A stretch of DNA of 21,702 nucleotides from Myxococcota bacterium (lineage in GTDB: Bacteria; Myxococcota_A; SURF-8; G963663525): assembly GCA_963676915.2 (NCBI GenBank), contig CAXXVK010000061.1:1-21702 (forward strand), in the 5' to 3' direction. The position numbers and the translations under genes were made by a program. The notes beneath the pieces were generated by a model. It saw nothing but the letters and a program-made list of their open reading frames with translations. It had not been told where the DNA came from and made no database searches. Shown here piece after piece: positions 1 through 8,323 of the stretch (position 1 is the stretch's first letter; every line of letters begins with the position of its first letter).

Positions 1-194
1 ACGACCTTGGTGTCTTTGACGATCAGAATCATTTTCATGTCCGCCGTCGCCGAGTCGAAATCGAAGACGTTATGATTGTAGGACTTGTCGATGATCTTCT
101 CAGCCGACAGGTCTTCGCCTGCCCAAAGCGACATCGGAAGACAAACGAGGCAAAACACCAGAAACGTTTCAAGAATTCGCGGGTATCGTCGCAT
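1..194 (-). CDS. Outer-membrane lipoprotein-sorting (LolA-like) protein, N-terminal part, truncated by the window edge
   Basis: Manual translation from ATG at 194: MRRYPRILETFLVFCLVCLPMSLWAGEDLSAEKIIDKSYNHNVFDFDSATADMKMILIVKDTKV. Signal peptide, then an 'A..II.K....S.TA.MKM.L' pattern that resembles LolA-like proteins. GGAGG SD at 201-205 on the minus strand. Not in the ORF track. Confidence 0.6.
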   Translation of the reverse strand, partial: MRRYPRILETFLVFCLVCLPMSLWAGEDLSAEKIIDKSYNHNVFDFDSATADMKMILIVKDTKV

Positions 195-407
195 AGGCCA
201 CCTCCCGTCACGGTTTACAAAATATTCCATGCCCAATGAAGTAGCACAGGTGAAAACAAAAGGCAACGAGAGGAAAGGGCATCCATTTTCGATTCAAATG
301 TTTTCAAGAAGACAAAGCTTGCAAAAAAAGGCTTTTCTTTCGTCGAACATTCACCATAATGGGCCAGAACGTACCGAGTGATTTTTAACGATGAAAAGGA
401 AATCGCC

Positions 408-1399
408 ATGACCGTCGCCGTTACCGGAGCTTCGGGACACGTAGGAGCCAATCTCGTTCGTGCTTTGCTGGAAGAGGGCAGGGACGTACGGGTTCTCGTT
501 CACAACGATACAAAAGCTCTCGAAGGGCTGGATGTCGAGAAGGTGGAAGGAGATCTCCACGACGAGGCGGCTTTGCGCCGACTCGTGAAAGATACCGAAG
601 CCGTCTATCATACTGCCGCCAAGATTTCTTTACTTAATAACAATTATGCGCCGCTGCGTCGGATTAACGTCGACGGTACTCGCAACGTGATGCAAGCCTG
701 CATGGATGAAAACGCCGGGCGCTTGATTCATTTCAGCTCGATTCATGCCATGACTCAGGCTCCCTTGGACAAAGAGTTGGATGAAAAGCGCTCTCTGTCG
801 AATTCCTCAAAGCATTTGCCATACGATCGAACCAAAGCTGAAAGCGAACTGGTCATTGCAGAAGGCATAGAGCAGGGATTGGACGCGGTGATCGTCACGC
901 CTACTTCGGTGATCGGACGCAACGATTTCAAACCTTCGTTCATGGGAACCGTTGTTCGTTGGTTGTGCAGTGGGTATTTTCCGTCTCTCGTGACCTATGG
1001 ATACGACTGGGTGGACGTTCGCGACCTCGTGCAAGGCGCTTTGTTGGTTGAAAAGAAAGGTCGTTCGGGCGAAAAATACCTTCTTTCCGGTTCTTTCCAC
1101 ACCTTTCGGGAGCTTGCCGAAGTCATTATGCCGATGTGTGGACGCCAGGCACCCTCGTGGGATTGTCCGATGTGGTTGGCCAAAGCGTTTGCTCCGTTTG
1201 CGGAATTGGATTTAAAGCGGTTGGAATTCCTCCGCTTTACACGCTCCATACGCTTAGAATCGTGGAAGAAGCCAACACGCATATCAGTCATGCGAAAGCG
1301 GAGCGTGAATTGGGGTACACCGTCCATACATTCGAAGAAACCGTGGAAGATACCTTCCGCTGGTTCTACGATCAAAAACTGATTCAACCCGTTTCGTAG
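408..1399 (+). CDS. Extended SDR, NAD-dependent epimerase/dehydratase (dihydroflavonol reductase/3-beta-HSD/HpnA-like), with a -1 frameshift near 1208-1217
   Basis: TGASGHVG Rossmann motif, HFSS and catalytic YDRTK in ORF 378..1382 (likely ATG 408). The family-typical C-terminus (ISHAKAERELGY..FEETVEDTFRWF) lies in the -1 frame ORF 1136..1399. Confidence 0.85.
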
Positions 1400-1409
1400 G
1401 AGTGCACCC

Positions 1410-2171
1410 GTGTCTGAAGAGACTCTCTATCAGTACCTTATGTGGGGATTCGTACTAAGCGCGGTCTTCACACTGCCGATTTTACTGTTTATTACAGCGC
1501 CTTACGGTCGTCACACCCGAAAAGGCTGGGGACCGCAAATCAACGCGACGGCGGGTTGGGTGGTGATGGAATCGCCCTCGGTACTGATGATGCTGGCCTG
1601 CTTTTTCGTGGGTAGCCATTCCTGGACGGCGGGCAGCGTGGCGCTGCTGGTGCTTTGGCTTTTGCATTACATTAATCGGACGTACATCTTTCCGTTTCGG
1701 CGTCGAGGCGGATCGAACCGGATGCCTCTGTTTATCGCGTTGTCTGCATTCACATTTACGAGTATTAACGGGTGTTTGCAGGGAAGATACCTTTTTACGC
1801 TTTCCGAGGGCTACGGCAGCGAATGGTTGCTCGATCCGCGATTTATAGGTGGAGCCGTCCTGTTTCTTTTCGGTTGGTGGATCAACCTGCAATCCGATGC
1901 CATTTTACGCAATCTGCGCAAACCCGGAGAAAAAGGGTACAAAATTCCAATGGGTGGAGCTTTCCGCTTTGTATCTGCGCCGAACTATTTGGGCGAAATT
2001 CTCGAATGGACAGGCTGGGCGATAGCTACCTGGAGCTTGCCCGGCGCGGCGTTCGCTTTTTGGACGTTCGCCAATCTCGCACCGCGAGCGCTATCCAACC
2101 ACCGCTGGTATCGTGAAACCTTCCCCGATTACCCAAAGAATCGCAAAGCGTTGATTCCAGGGGTATTTTAG
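1410..2171 (+). CDS. 3-oxo-5-alpha-steroid 4-dehydrogenase (steroid 5-alpha-reductase, SRD5A/DET2 family)
   Basis: Motifs APYGRH, WVVMESPS, HYINRT, NLQSDAILRNLRKPGEKGYKIP, VSAPNYLGEILEW and NLAPRALSNHRWY..FPDYPKNRKALIP; about 7 hydrophobic segments; AGGAG SD at 1398-1402. Confidence 0.93.
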   Translation: MSEETLYQYLMWGFVLSAVFTLPILLFITAPYGRHTRKGWGPQINATAGWVVMESPSVLMMLACFFVGSHSWTAGSVALLVLWLLHYINRTYIFPFRRRGGSNRMPLFIALSAFTFTSINGCLQGRYLFTLSEGYGSEWLLDPRFIGGAVLFLFGWWINLQSDAILRNLRKPGEKGYKIPMGGAFRFVSAPNYLGEILEWTGWAIATWSLPGAAFAFWTFANLAPRALSNHRWYRETFPDYPKNRKALIPGVF

Positions 2172-2198
2172 AACCTATCCCAAGGAAGATAGGTTCTA
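2169..2198. terminator. Hairpin between convergent genes, probable bidirectional terminator
   Basis: Perfect 11-bp inverted repeat TAGAACCTATC-N8-GATAGGTTCTA starting at the stop codon of the reductase. No strong U-tract. Confidence 0.6.
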
Positions 2199-2217
2199 CG
2201 TGGAAAACTCTTGAAAA

Positions 2218-3345
2218 TCAGGGCATTTCAATCTTGAACAACTGCTGCCCGAGGAACATATTGTCGCCGTCTTTGAGCGGACATTCTTCGGTGATTTGTA
2301 CGAACGTTCCGTTTCGGGAACCCGTATCTTCCAGGAACCAGTTCGGTCCGTTGTGCTTGATCTGGGCGTGGCGACCGGAGATATAGGGGTCCGTCGGGAA
2401 GCTCAGGTCGCAACCTTCGCGTCCGATGGTCAATACGTTGTTCAGCGGATAGATGACTGAACCCAACAGGCCGTTCATCATGATCTGGCTGATTTTCAAC
2501 GTGGGCGGGGTGCTTTCCAGCGGCGTTCCCAGGAAGCGGCATTCTTCTCTTTGATCCCCGAGGTCTTTCATGGGCGGATATTGACTCACCATGTTGACCT
2601 GGAAAAGCTGGTTTCCAATCCTGAAGCGCATTCCGTCGGATAATTCGACCGGAGCGATAGCACGCATATACACGCCGTTAAGGCTGTCTTCGTCACGAAT
2701 GAACAGTTTTTCATCACGGAAAAACAACGTGGCGTGACGGGGCGAAAGGAACGGGTCTTCCGCGAAAGTGATGGTTCCTTCGCTACGTCCGACCGTGTTT
2801 TCTTCTTTGTCCAGTTTGAACGGCAATCCTTCCCCTCCACCGCCGCGTACCAGAACGAGGTTGGCTTCCGGGAAGAGAGGTTTGGGTTCCGAAACCGGCA
2901 TAGCCGGCGGTTCTTCGTCGAGGGGTGTTTCGGATACCGAGGCGAGAGCCGCCGCTGCCGCTTCGGCTGCGATATCCACTGATTCTTGAATCGAAGCCAT
3001 AGCTGCCGGAACGGCGTCCGGGAATTTCGATCCACAGCCGCTACAGAACTTGGCCTCGGCCTGGTTGGGTGTTCCACAGTTGGTACAATACTTCATTTCC
3101 TGAGAAAGACTCGGAGTTGCAGGAGGTGTCGGAATCTCTTCCGGTTCGCCGGGCAAATCGTCGAACGAGATGCTTTCGGGCATCGGATCCGTCAACGTTT
3201 CATCGAAACCAGGCGGTTCCTCCGCTTCGGGTTCCGCCAATGGAGGAGGAACTTCTTCCGCCGTCGGAAGCAGGTCATACCCGCAGGTTGCACAGAATTC
3301 CGCTCCGTCTTGATTTTCGGCTCCACAATTTTTGCAGGTTATCAT
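2218..3345 (-). CDS. Zinc-ribbon plus tandem FHA-domain protein
   Basis: Two CxxC-x10-CxxC ribbons (CKNCG..FCATCG and CTNCG..FCSGCG), Pro/Glu-rich linkers, and two FHA motifs (VGRS..LSPRHA..SLNGV and IGRE..ISGRHA..SRNGT). Confidence 0.9.
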   Translation of the reverse strand: MITCKNCGAENQDGAEFCATCGYDLLPTAEEVPPPLAEPEAEEPPGFDETLTDPMPESISFDDLPGEPEEIPTPPATPSLSQEMKYCTNCGTPNQAEAKFCSGCGSKFPDAVPAAMASIQESVDIAAEAAAAALASVSETPLDEEPPAMPVSEPKPLFPEANLVLVRGGGGEGLPFKLDKEENTVGRSEGTITFAEDPFLSPRHATLFFRDEKLFIRDEDSLNGVYMRAIAPVELSDGMRFRIGNQLFQVNMVSQYPPMKDLGDQREECRFLGTPLESTPPTLKISQIMMNGLLGSVIYPLNNVLTIGREGCDLSFPTDPYISGRHAQIKHNGPNWFLEDTGSRNGTFVQITEECPLKDGDNMFLGQQLFKIEMP

Positions 3346-3428
3346 TCAAACCCCTCCCTGGCTTATCGTGGCTTGCGCCTTCCCGATTCGTTTGTGATTC
3401 CAAGTGCTGTCATTTCCATAGAAATCTA

Positions 3429-3457
3429 GTTTTACGTGAATCCGTGTCTACGGTCAA
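3429..3457 (-). promoter_or_regulatory. Possible sigma70 promoter for the FHA gene
   Basis: Minus strand TTGACC-N17-TAAAAC; the -10 is imperfect. Confidence 0.35.
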
Positions 3458-3632
3458 GTTGAATGATGAAAATCCAAGAGTCACTTTCGGTTTATATCGG
3501 GTTTTTTCGAAAAATTGACGTAGAGGACGTGTGATCCGGCGTCTAAGCATGAAAAGAAACGTCAAAAGTTTGGCGCTCCATGAGAAATCTTAAGACTTTC
3601 ATAAAATGTATCGAAATGTATCCAATGATGAA

Positions 3633-3661
3633 TTGACCATATAGTGTTTCGGTGCTATGGT
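3633..3661 (+). promoter_or_regulatory. Sigma70 promoter with extended -10 for the four-gene membrane operon
   Basis: TTGACC (3633-3638), 17-nt spacer ending in TGC, TATGGT (3656-3661), about 40 nt before ATG 3701. Confidence 0.65.
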
Positions 3662-3700
3662 GCTCCGCCAATTCGAAAGGCTTTGCTTGCGAGAGGGAAA

Positions 3701-6073
3701 ATGGCAAGGAATATCGGTTTATACGTGGGATTGTTAGCCGTAAGTACGGCGCTTCTGGCTTTGGAAGTGCTACAGGTGCGGATCTTCTCGGTCATGATGT
3801 GGCACCATCTGGCCTATATGGTGATTACGGTTGCGCTTTTGGGCTTCGGTGCGGCGGGAGCCTACGTGGCGATCAAAGGAACAGGGGATGAAACCCAGGT
3901 TCGTGATCTTGCCGGCGTGTCGGGAACGGCTTTCGGGTTGAGCTACGTAGCGTCGTTCATGATCCTGACCCGCATTCCTCTAGACTCCTTCATGGCCAAT
4001 ATGGCTTTGCAAGGGTTTTATATCCTTCTGTATTACGTATTTTTAGTCGTGCCGTTTTTCTTCGGTGGACTGGCGATTACGCTGGTGTTGTCGAAGTTCG
4101 TGGAACACATCCACAAACTGTATTTTACAAACCTTGTCGGTAGCGCTTTGGGATGCCTGTTGGTCGTTCCGCTTTTGTGGGTTGGAGGCGAAAACGGCTT
4201 GTTGCTCGGTGCTTCTCTGGCGGTGCTTGGCTCCGTGGGGTTGTATGCTACGGCTAAAAAACGCTTTGTTGCCCTGGGATTGGGTGTGGTGTTGTTGCTT
4301 CTGCTTCCGATTTCGCAGGTTCTTTTGCCGGTGCGACCCGCTGGCAGCAAAGCGATGGGCATGGCTCTCAAAGCAGACCCCAATCTGCATTTCAACTCGA
4401 CACAATGGGATCCGATCGCCCGGATCGACTCGGTTTCCTCGCCTGAATTCGAAAAAATGCCCCGGTATTTCAATGTGCCGGTGGATCGGATTTTCATGAT
4501 TGACGGCGACGCCTTCACCATGGCGATGCCGTTGGGAAAAACCGAGCATTTCAGGGATATCGACATCTTGGGTAAAACACTGTACGCCTCCGCCTATTTC
4601 TTCAAGGATAAACCCGAGGCGGCGGTGATCGGTCTCGGCGGCGGCACCGATATCATGACGGCTTTGCACTTCGATGCCAAGAAGATTACCGGCGTGGAGA
4701 TCAATCAGGCGATGATCGACGCAGCAAGGGATTATTACCAGGATTTCAAGTACAATCCTTACGAACAACCCTCGGTGACGATCGTGAGGGAGGAAGGCCG
4801 AAGCTATCTGCGTCGCACGCAAGACACCTACGACATTATTCAGATGTCCGGGGTGGATACCTGGTCGGCGTTAATGACGGGTGCGTACGTGTTGAGTGAA
4901 AACTATCTGTACACGATGGACGCCTACCACGAGTATTTCGATCGCCTGAAGCCGGACGGCATCTTGTCGAAGATGCGTTGGGTTTTCAATCCTCCTCGGG
5001 AATGCTTGCGGATCATCACACAGATTACGAAAGTATTGCAGGAACGCGGGGTCGAAGATCCCTCCCGGCATATCATCGTTTTGCAGCAGGAACTTTTCGC
5101 TTCGGTGCTGGCCAAGAAAAGTCCGTTTACGGACATGGAAGTTCAGAAATTCAGGAAGATTATCGAGAAAAATCCGCAGTTTACGGCGTTGTATTATCCC
5201 GGAATGAAAGAGCGCAACGCCTACAGCCGGTGGTTCGAAGCATTGCACGATGGTCTGACGGACGTGTTTCTCGAACAATATCCGTACAATATCGAACCCG
5301 TGGATGATGACAGCCCCTTCTTTTTCAAATACTATAAGTGGAGTTCGCTGTTCCAGTCCCGTGCCCACCATGGCGGCGGTTACCTGGACGCGATGACGCC
5401 CATCGGTTTCATCATCCTTTTACTCAGTCTCATTCAAGCGGTCGGACTGGCGCTGGCGATGATCATCATCCCTCTCTGGATGTTCAAACGGAAGGGATTG
5501 CAGGTCAAAGGCACGGCGGGATTGATCGTCTTTTTCTCCAGTCTCGGACTGGGATTCATGTTCCTGGAAATCTCGCTGATGCAGCGTTTCGTGCTGTTTG
5601 TCGGTCATCCTACCTATGCGATTACTACGACGTTGTTTGCTTTGATGGTGTTTGCCGGAATCGGTTCGATGATCGCAGGAAAACTTCCGGGTGAGCCTCG
5701 CAAAAAGCTGATGGCGATTTGTGGAGCGATTTTCGTGGTTTCCCTGATTTACATGGTCGGGCTAGGTCCGCTGTTCCAATCGCTGCTCGGACTTCCTCTG
5801 ACGGCGAGAATCATCATTGCCGTGGCGACCATTGCGCCGCTGGGTCTGTTGCTGGGAATGCCGTTCCCCACCGGCTTGAAAGTCGTTGGCGAAGAACAAT
5901 CGCGTTTCGTTCCTTGGGCTTGGGGAATTAACGGAGCTGCGGGCGTGACAGCCTCGGTGCTTTCGGTTATGCTGGCGATGGCGACCGGTTTTACATTCGT
6001 GCTCGCCGTGGCCTCTCTGATTTACCTTTCAGGCGGGATCGCCTTTTTACTGGGGACGAACCGCCAATCCTGA
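3701..6073 (+). CDS. Multi-TM membrane protein with central spermidine-synthase-like (class I SAM fold) domain, paralog 1
   Basis: About 7 N-terminal TMs; IGLGGGTD..GVEIN..EEGRSYL..YDIIQMSGVDT..SENYLYT..RLKPDG; about 7 C-terminal TMs with GMPFPTG..WAWGING. ATG 3701 follows GAGAGGG and lies downstream of the promoter. Confidence 0.85.
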   Translation: MARNIGLYVGLLAVSTALLALEVLQVRIFSVMMWHHLAYMVITVALLGFGAAGAYVAIKGTGDETQVRDLAGVSGTAFGLSYVASFMILTRIPLDSFMANMALQGFYILLYYVFLVVPFFFGGLAITLVLSKFVEHIHKLYFTNLVGSALGCLLVVPLLWVGGENGLLLGASLAVLGSVGLYATAKKRFVALGLGVVLLLLLPISQVLLPVRPAGSKAMGMALKADPNLHFNSTQWDPIARIDSVSSPEFEKMPRYFNVPVDRIFMIDGDAFTMAMPLGKTEHFRDIDILGKTLYASAYFFKDKPEAAVIGLGGGTDIMTALHFDAKKITGVEINQAMIDAARDYYQDFKYNPYEQPSVTIVREEGRSYLRRTQDTYDIIQMSGVDTWSALMTGAYVLSENYLYTMDAYHEYFDRLKPDGILSKMRWVFNPPRECLRIITQITKVLQERGVEDPSRHIIVLQQELFASVLAKKSPFTDMEVQKFRKIIEKNPQFTALYYPGMKERNAYSRWFEALHDGLTDVFLEQYPYNIEPVDDDSPFFFKYYKWSSLFQSRAHHGGGYLDAMTPIGFIILLLSLIQAVGLALAMIIIPLWMFKRKGLQVKGTAGLIVFFSSLGLGFMFLEISLMQRFVLFVGHPTYAITTTLFALMVFAGIGSMIAGKLPGEPRKKLMAICGAIFVVSLIYMVGLGPLFQSLLGLPLTARIIIAVATIAPLGLLLGMPFPTGLKVVGEEQSRFVPWAWGINGAAGVTASVLSVMLAMATGFTFVLAVASLIYLSGGIAFLLGTNRQS

Positions 6074-6088
6074 TCGCGGGTAGTCCGT

Positions 6089-8323
6089 ATGACACAGCAA
6101 CAGGCAGAGTCTTCGCAACAAGCCGAAAAGAAAAACGGTTTTAGTGAAGATCTGCGTCAAGCGTTGGGGTTCGGGCTGTTCTGTCTCGTGATGGCCTTCA
6201 TTTTCGAGTGGCAGCCGTCCCGGTTATTCATAGGGCTTCAGGATGGAACATGGGTGTTTCCATACGGAGGCATTCATTACCTGCTTTACATTCTGGCTTT
6301 TATTCTCTGTGCAATAGCGTTTCCCCATCTTCGTGGTCTATGGCGATTATTCCTTAAAATTCCTGCTCGGTTGTGGGTGGGATTCGTGACGCTTGCGACC
6401 TTTGTAAGCGGGGTGTATATCGCGTACGGACCGATGGAGTCCCTTCCGCATACACCTGATTCGATCGCGTACCTTTGGACGGCCCGTACCTTTGCCAGCG
6501 GACATTTATGGGTCGAATCCCACGATCTTGCCGAGTTTTTCCACCAGATGTTTTTCATCAACGACGGTCGTTGGTACAGCCTGTTTCAGCCGGGTTGGCC
6601 GGTTTTGTTGTCTTTGGGTGTCCTGGCCGGGATTCCCTTCGTGATCAATCCTTTGGTCGGTGCGATGCAGGTGCCGTTGGTTTACGCTATCGGTAAACGG
6701 CTATTGGGAGAAAAAGAAGCACGTCTCGCGCTGTTGTTTTTTGTGGTGTCGTCACTTCAGATGTCCATGCCTGCGATGGTCCTGAGCCATCCTCTTTCCT
6801 GTTTATTGTTGCTTTTAGCTCTGTATGCCACGCTTCGTTTGCTGGAAGACGGTCGTTTTGTCTGGACTCTGTTGCTCGGTGTTTCCATCGGGTTGTGTTT
6901 CAACGTTCGTGCAATGAACGCTGCAACTACGGGGTTTACGGTAGCGTCGATCCTGCTCGTTCCTCTGTTCAAGGGGCGTGTCAAAATACATCGGCTGGCG
7001 GTTGCGTTGCTGATCGTGGTGGCGCTATCGTCTCTTCAGTTCGTTTACAATCACGTGATGACCGGCGACGCGATGACTTGGCCGCAGGATCGTTATTTCG
7101 ATATGACCGAACCCAAAGAGAGTTGCCACAGGCCGGGATTCGGAACGAGCGTCGGTTGCCCCAATATCCATCCCGACAACCATTTTCCCAACGGTTTCGG
7201 ATTTTTCGACGCGGTGGATGTGTTCCATTTTCGGATCAACACCTATCTCGGAACGTTGTTCGGCTGGCCCGCTTTCTTTTTCCTCGCCGGACTTCCGTTT
7301 CTGTTGCGGCGCAAAGGTCGTGGAAAATGGGTGTTGTTCGGCGTGATTTTCTGGTTGGTGGCGGGCTATTTTACGTTTTATTTCCATGGGTTGATGGGGC
7401 GGTATTATTACGAGATGGGGTTCGCCGTCCTGCTGTTGATGGCGGCGGGGATTCTCGATCTCTCCAAACGCATCGATTCTCTGACGAAGGGGGCGCAGGG
7501 GCTCGCCGGGAGGATGTCTCGGGCCATTGTTCCGTCACTCGGTATCATGTTTGTCAGTTTCAACCTGTTTTTCTTTCTTCCCGAGGTGTTTTCGACGCTT
7601 GGAAACCGTTTTTTCGGTGTGGATGCCAGTCTACGTAAAGAGGGACTAGGTATCGAAACGCCTGCCGTCGTGCATGTTCCTGCGTTTTATGCCATCGGAT
7701 TCGCTTTGATGACTCCGACACCTCCCTGGCCGGTTGTGTATGTGAGGGATCTGGGGCCGATCTCCAACCGGTTGATGCGCCAGTATTATCCCGACCGCCA
7801 TATTTATCGTTTCGATCTGGATCGCTGGGAGATGATCGAGGAAAAAGACCGTCCGTCGAGATCCACCGTACGGCTGGAATTCGAGACGGAGATTCCGCCA
7901 TCCAAAATTCATCACGGGTATGCTTTTCGTGGGGCCGATCCCAGCGTCCGTGAACCTCTGGTCAATGGGCCGAGGCGCTCGCTGATGCTCCAAAGTCGCG
8001 CTCCCGATGCCTGGATGGAAGTGGAACAGTACATTTTCGAAGATGGACTCTACAATGTGCGACTGGCTTACGATCGCGGTCCCGGACATGGGATTTGGAG
8101 TGTGACGGTGGATGGACAGCCGCTGTTTCCTTCAGTAGATGGATACATGGAGGTGGAAGCGGGCAGCCCGATGAAGATACAAACGAAAACGCCGATTCGG
8201 TTGGATAGGAAACGTCATACCCTTCGAATCCAGTCCATCGGGAAAAATCCCGTATCCAAGGGGTACGATATTGCTGTAGACTGGATCGAGTTCACTCGTA
8301 TCGACAAGGAAAACGGGCCGTGA
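6089..8323 (+). CDS. GT-C (PMT/ArnT/GT39-like) membrane glycosyltransferase with C-terminal beta-sandwich (CBM-like) domain
   Basis: PDSIAYLWTARTFA acidic loop after an early TM, QPGWP, HP, GRYYYE, many TMs; soluble C-terminus GPGHGIWSVTVDG..HTLRIQSIGKN..IAVDWIEF. Confidence 0.75.
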   Translation: MTQQQAESSQQAEKKNGFSEDLRQALGFGLFCLVMAFIFEWQPSRLFIGLQDGTWVFPYGGIHYLLYILAFILCAIAFPHLRGLWRLFLKIPARLWVGFVTLATFVSGVYIAYGPMESLPHTPDSIAYLWTARTFASGHLWVESHDLAEFFHQMFFINDGRWYSLFQPGWPVLLSLGVLAGIPFVINPLVGAMQVPLVYAIGKRLLGEKEARLALLFFVVSSLQMSMPAMVLSHPLSCLLLLLALYATLRLLEDGRFVWTLLLGVSIGLCFNVRAMNAATTGFTVASILLVPLFKGRVKIHRLAVALLIVVALSSLQFVYNHVMTGDAMTWPQDRYFDMTEPKESCHRPGFGTSVGCPNIHPDNHFPNGFGFFDAVDVFHFRINTYLGTLFGWPAFFFLAGLPFLLRRKGRGKWVLFGVIFWLVAGYFTFYFHGLMGRYYYEMGFAVLLLMAAGILDLSKRIDSLTKGAQGLAGRMSRAIVPSLGIMFVSFNLFFFLPEVFSTLGNRFFGVDASLRKEGLGIETPAVVHVPAFYAIGFALMTPTPPWPVVYVRDLGPISNRLMRQYYPDRHIYRFDLDRWEMIEEKDRPSRSTVRLEFETEIPPSKIHHGYAFRGADPSVREPLVNGPRRSLMLQSRAPDAWMEVEQYIFEDGLYNVRLAYDRGPGHGIWSVTVDGQPLFPSVDGYMEVEAGSPMKIQTKTPIRLDRKRHTLRIQSIGKNPVSKGYDIAVDWIEFTRIDKENGP

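Noticed and set aside
3644-3700. Upstream GTG start for paralog 1 in the ORF track
   Set aside because: It falls inside the predicted promoter; ATG 3701 has an SD and aligns with the start of paralog 2.
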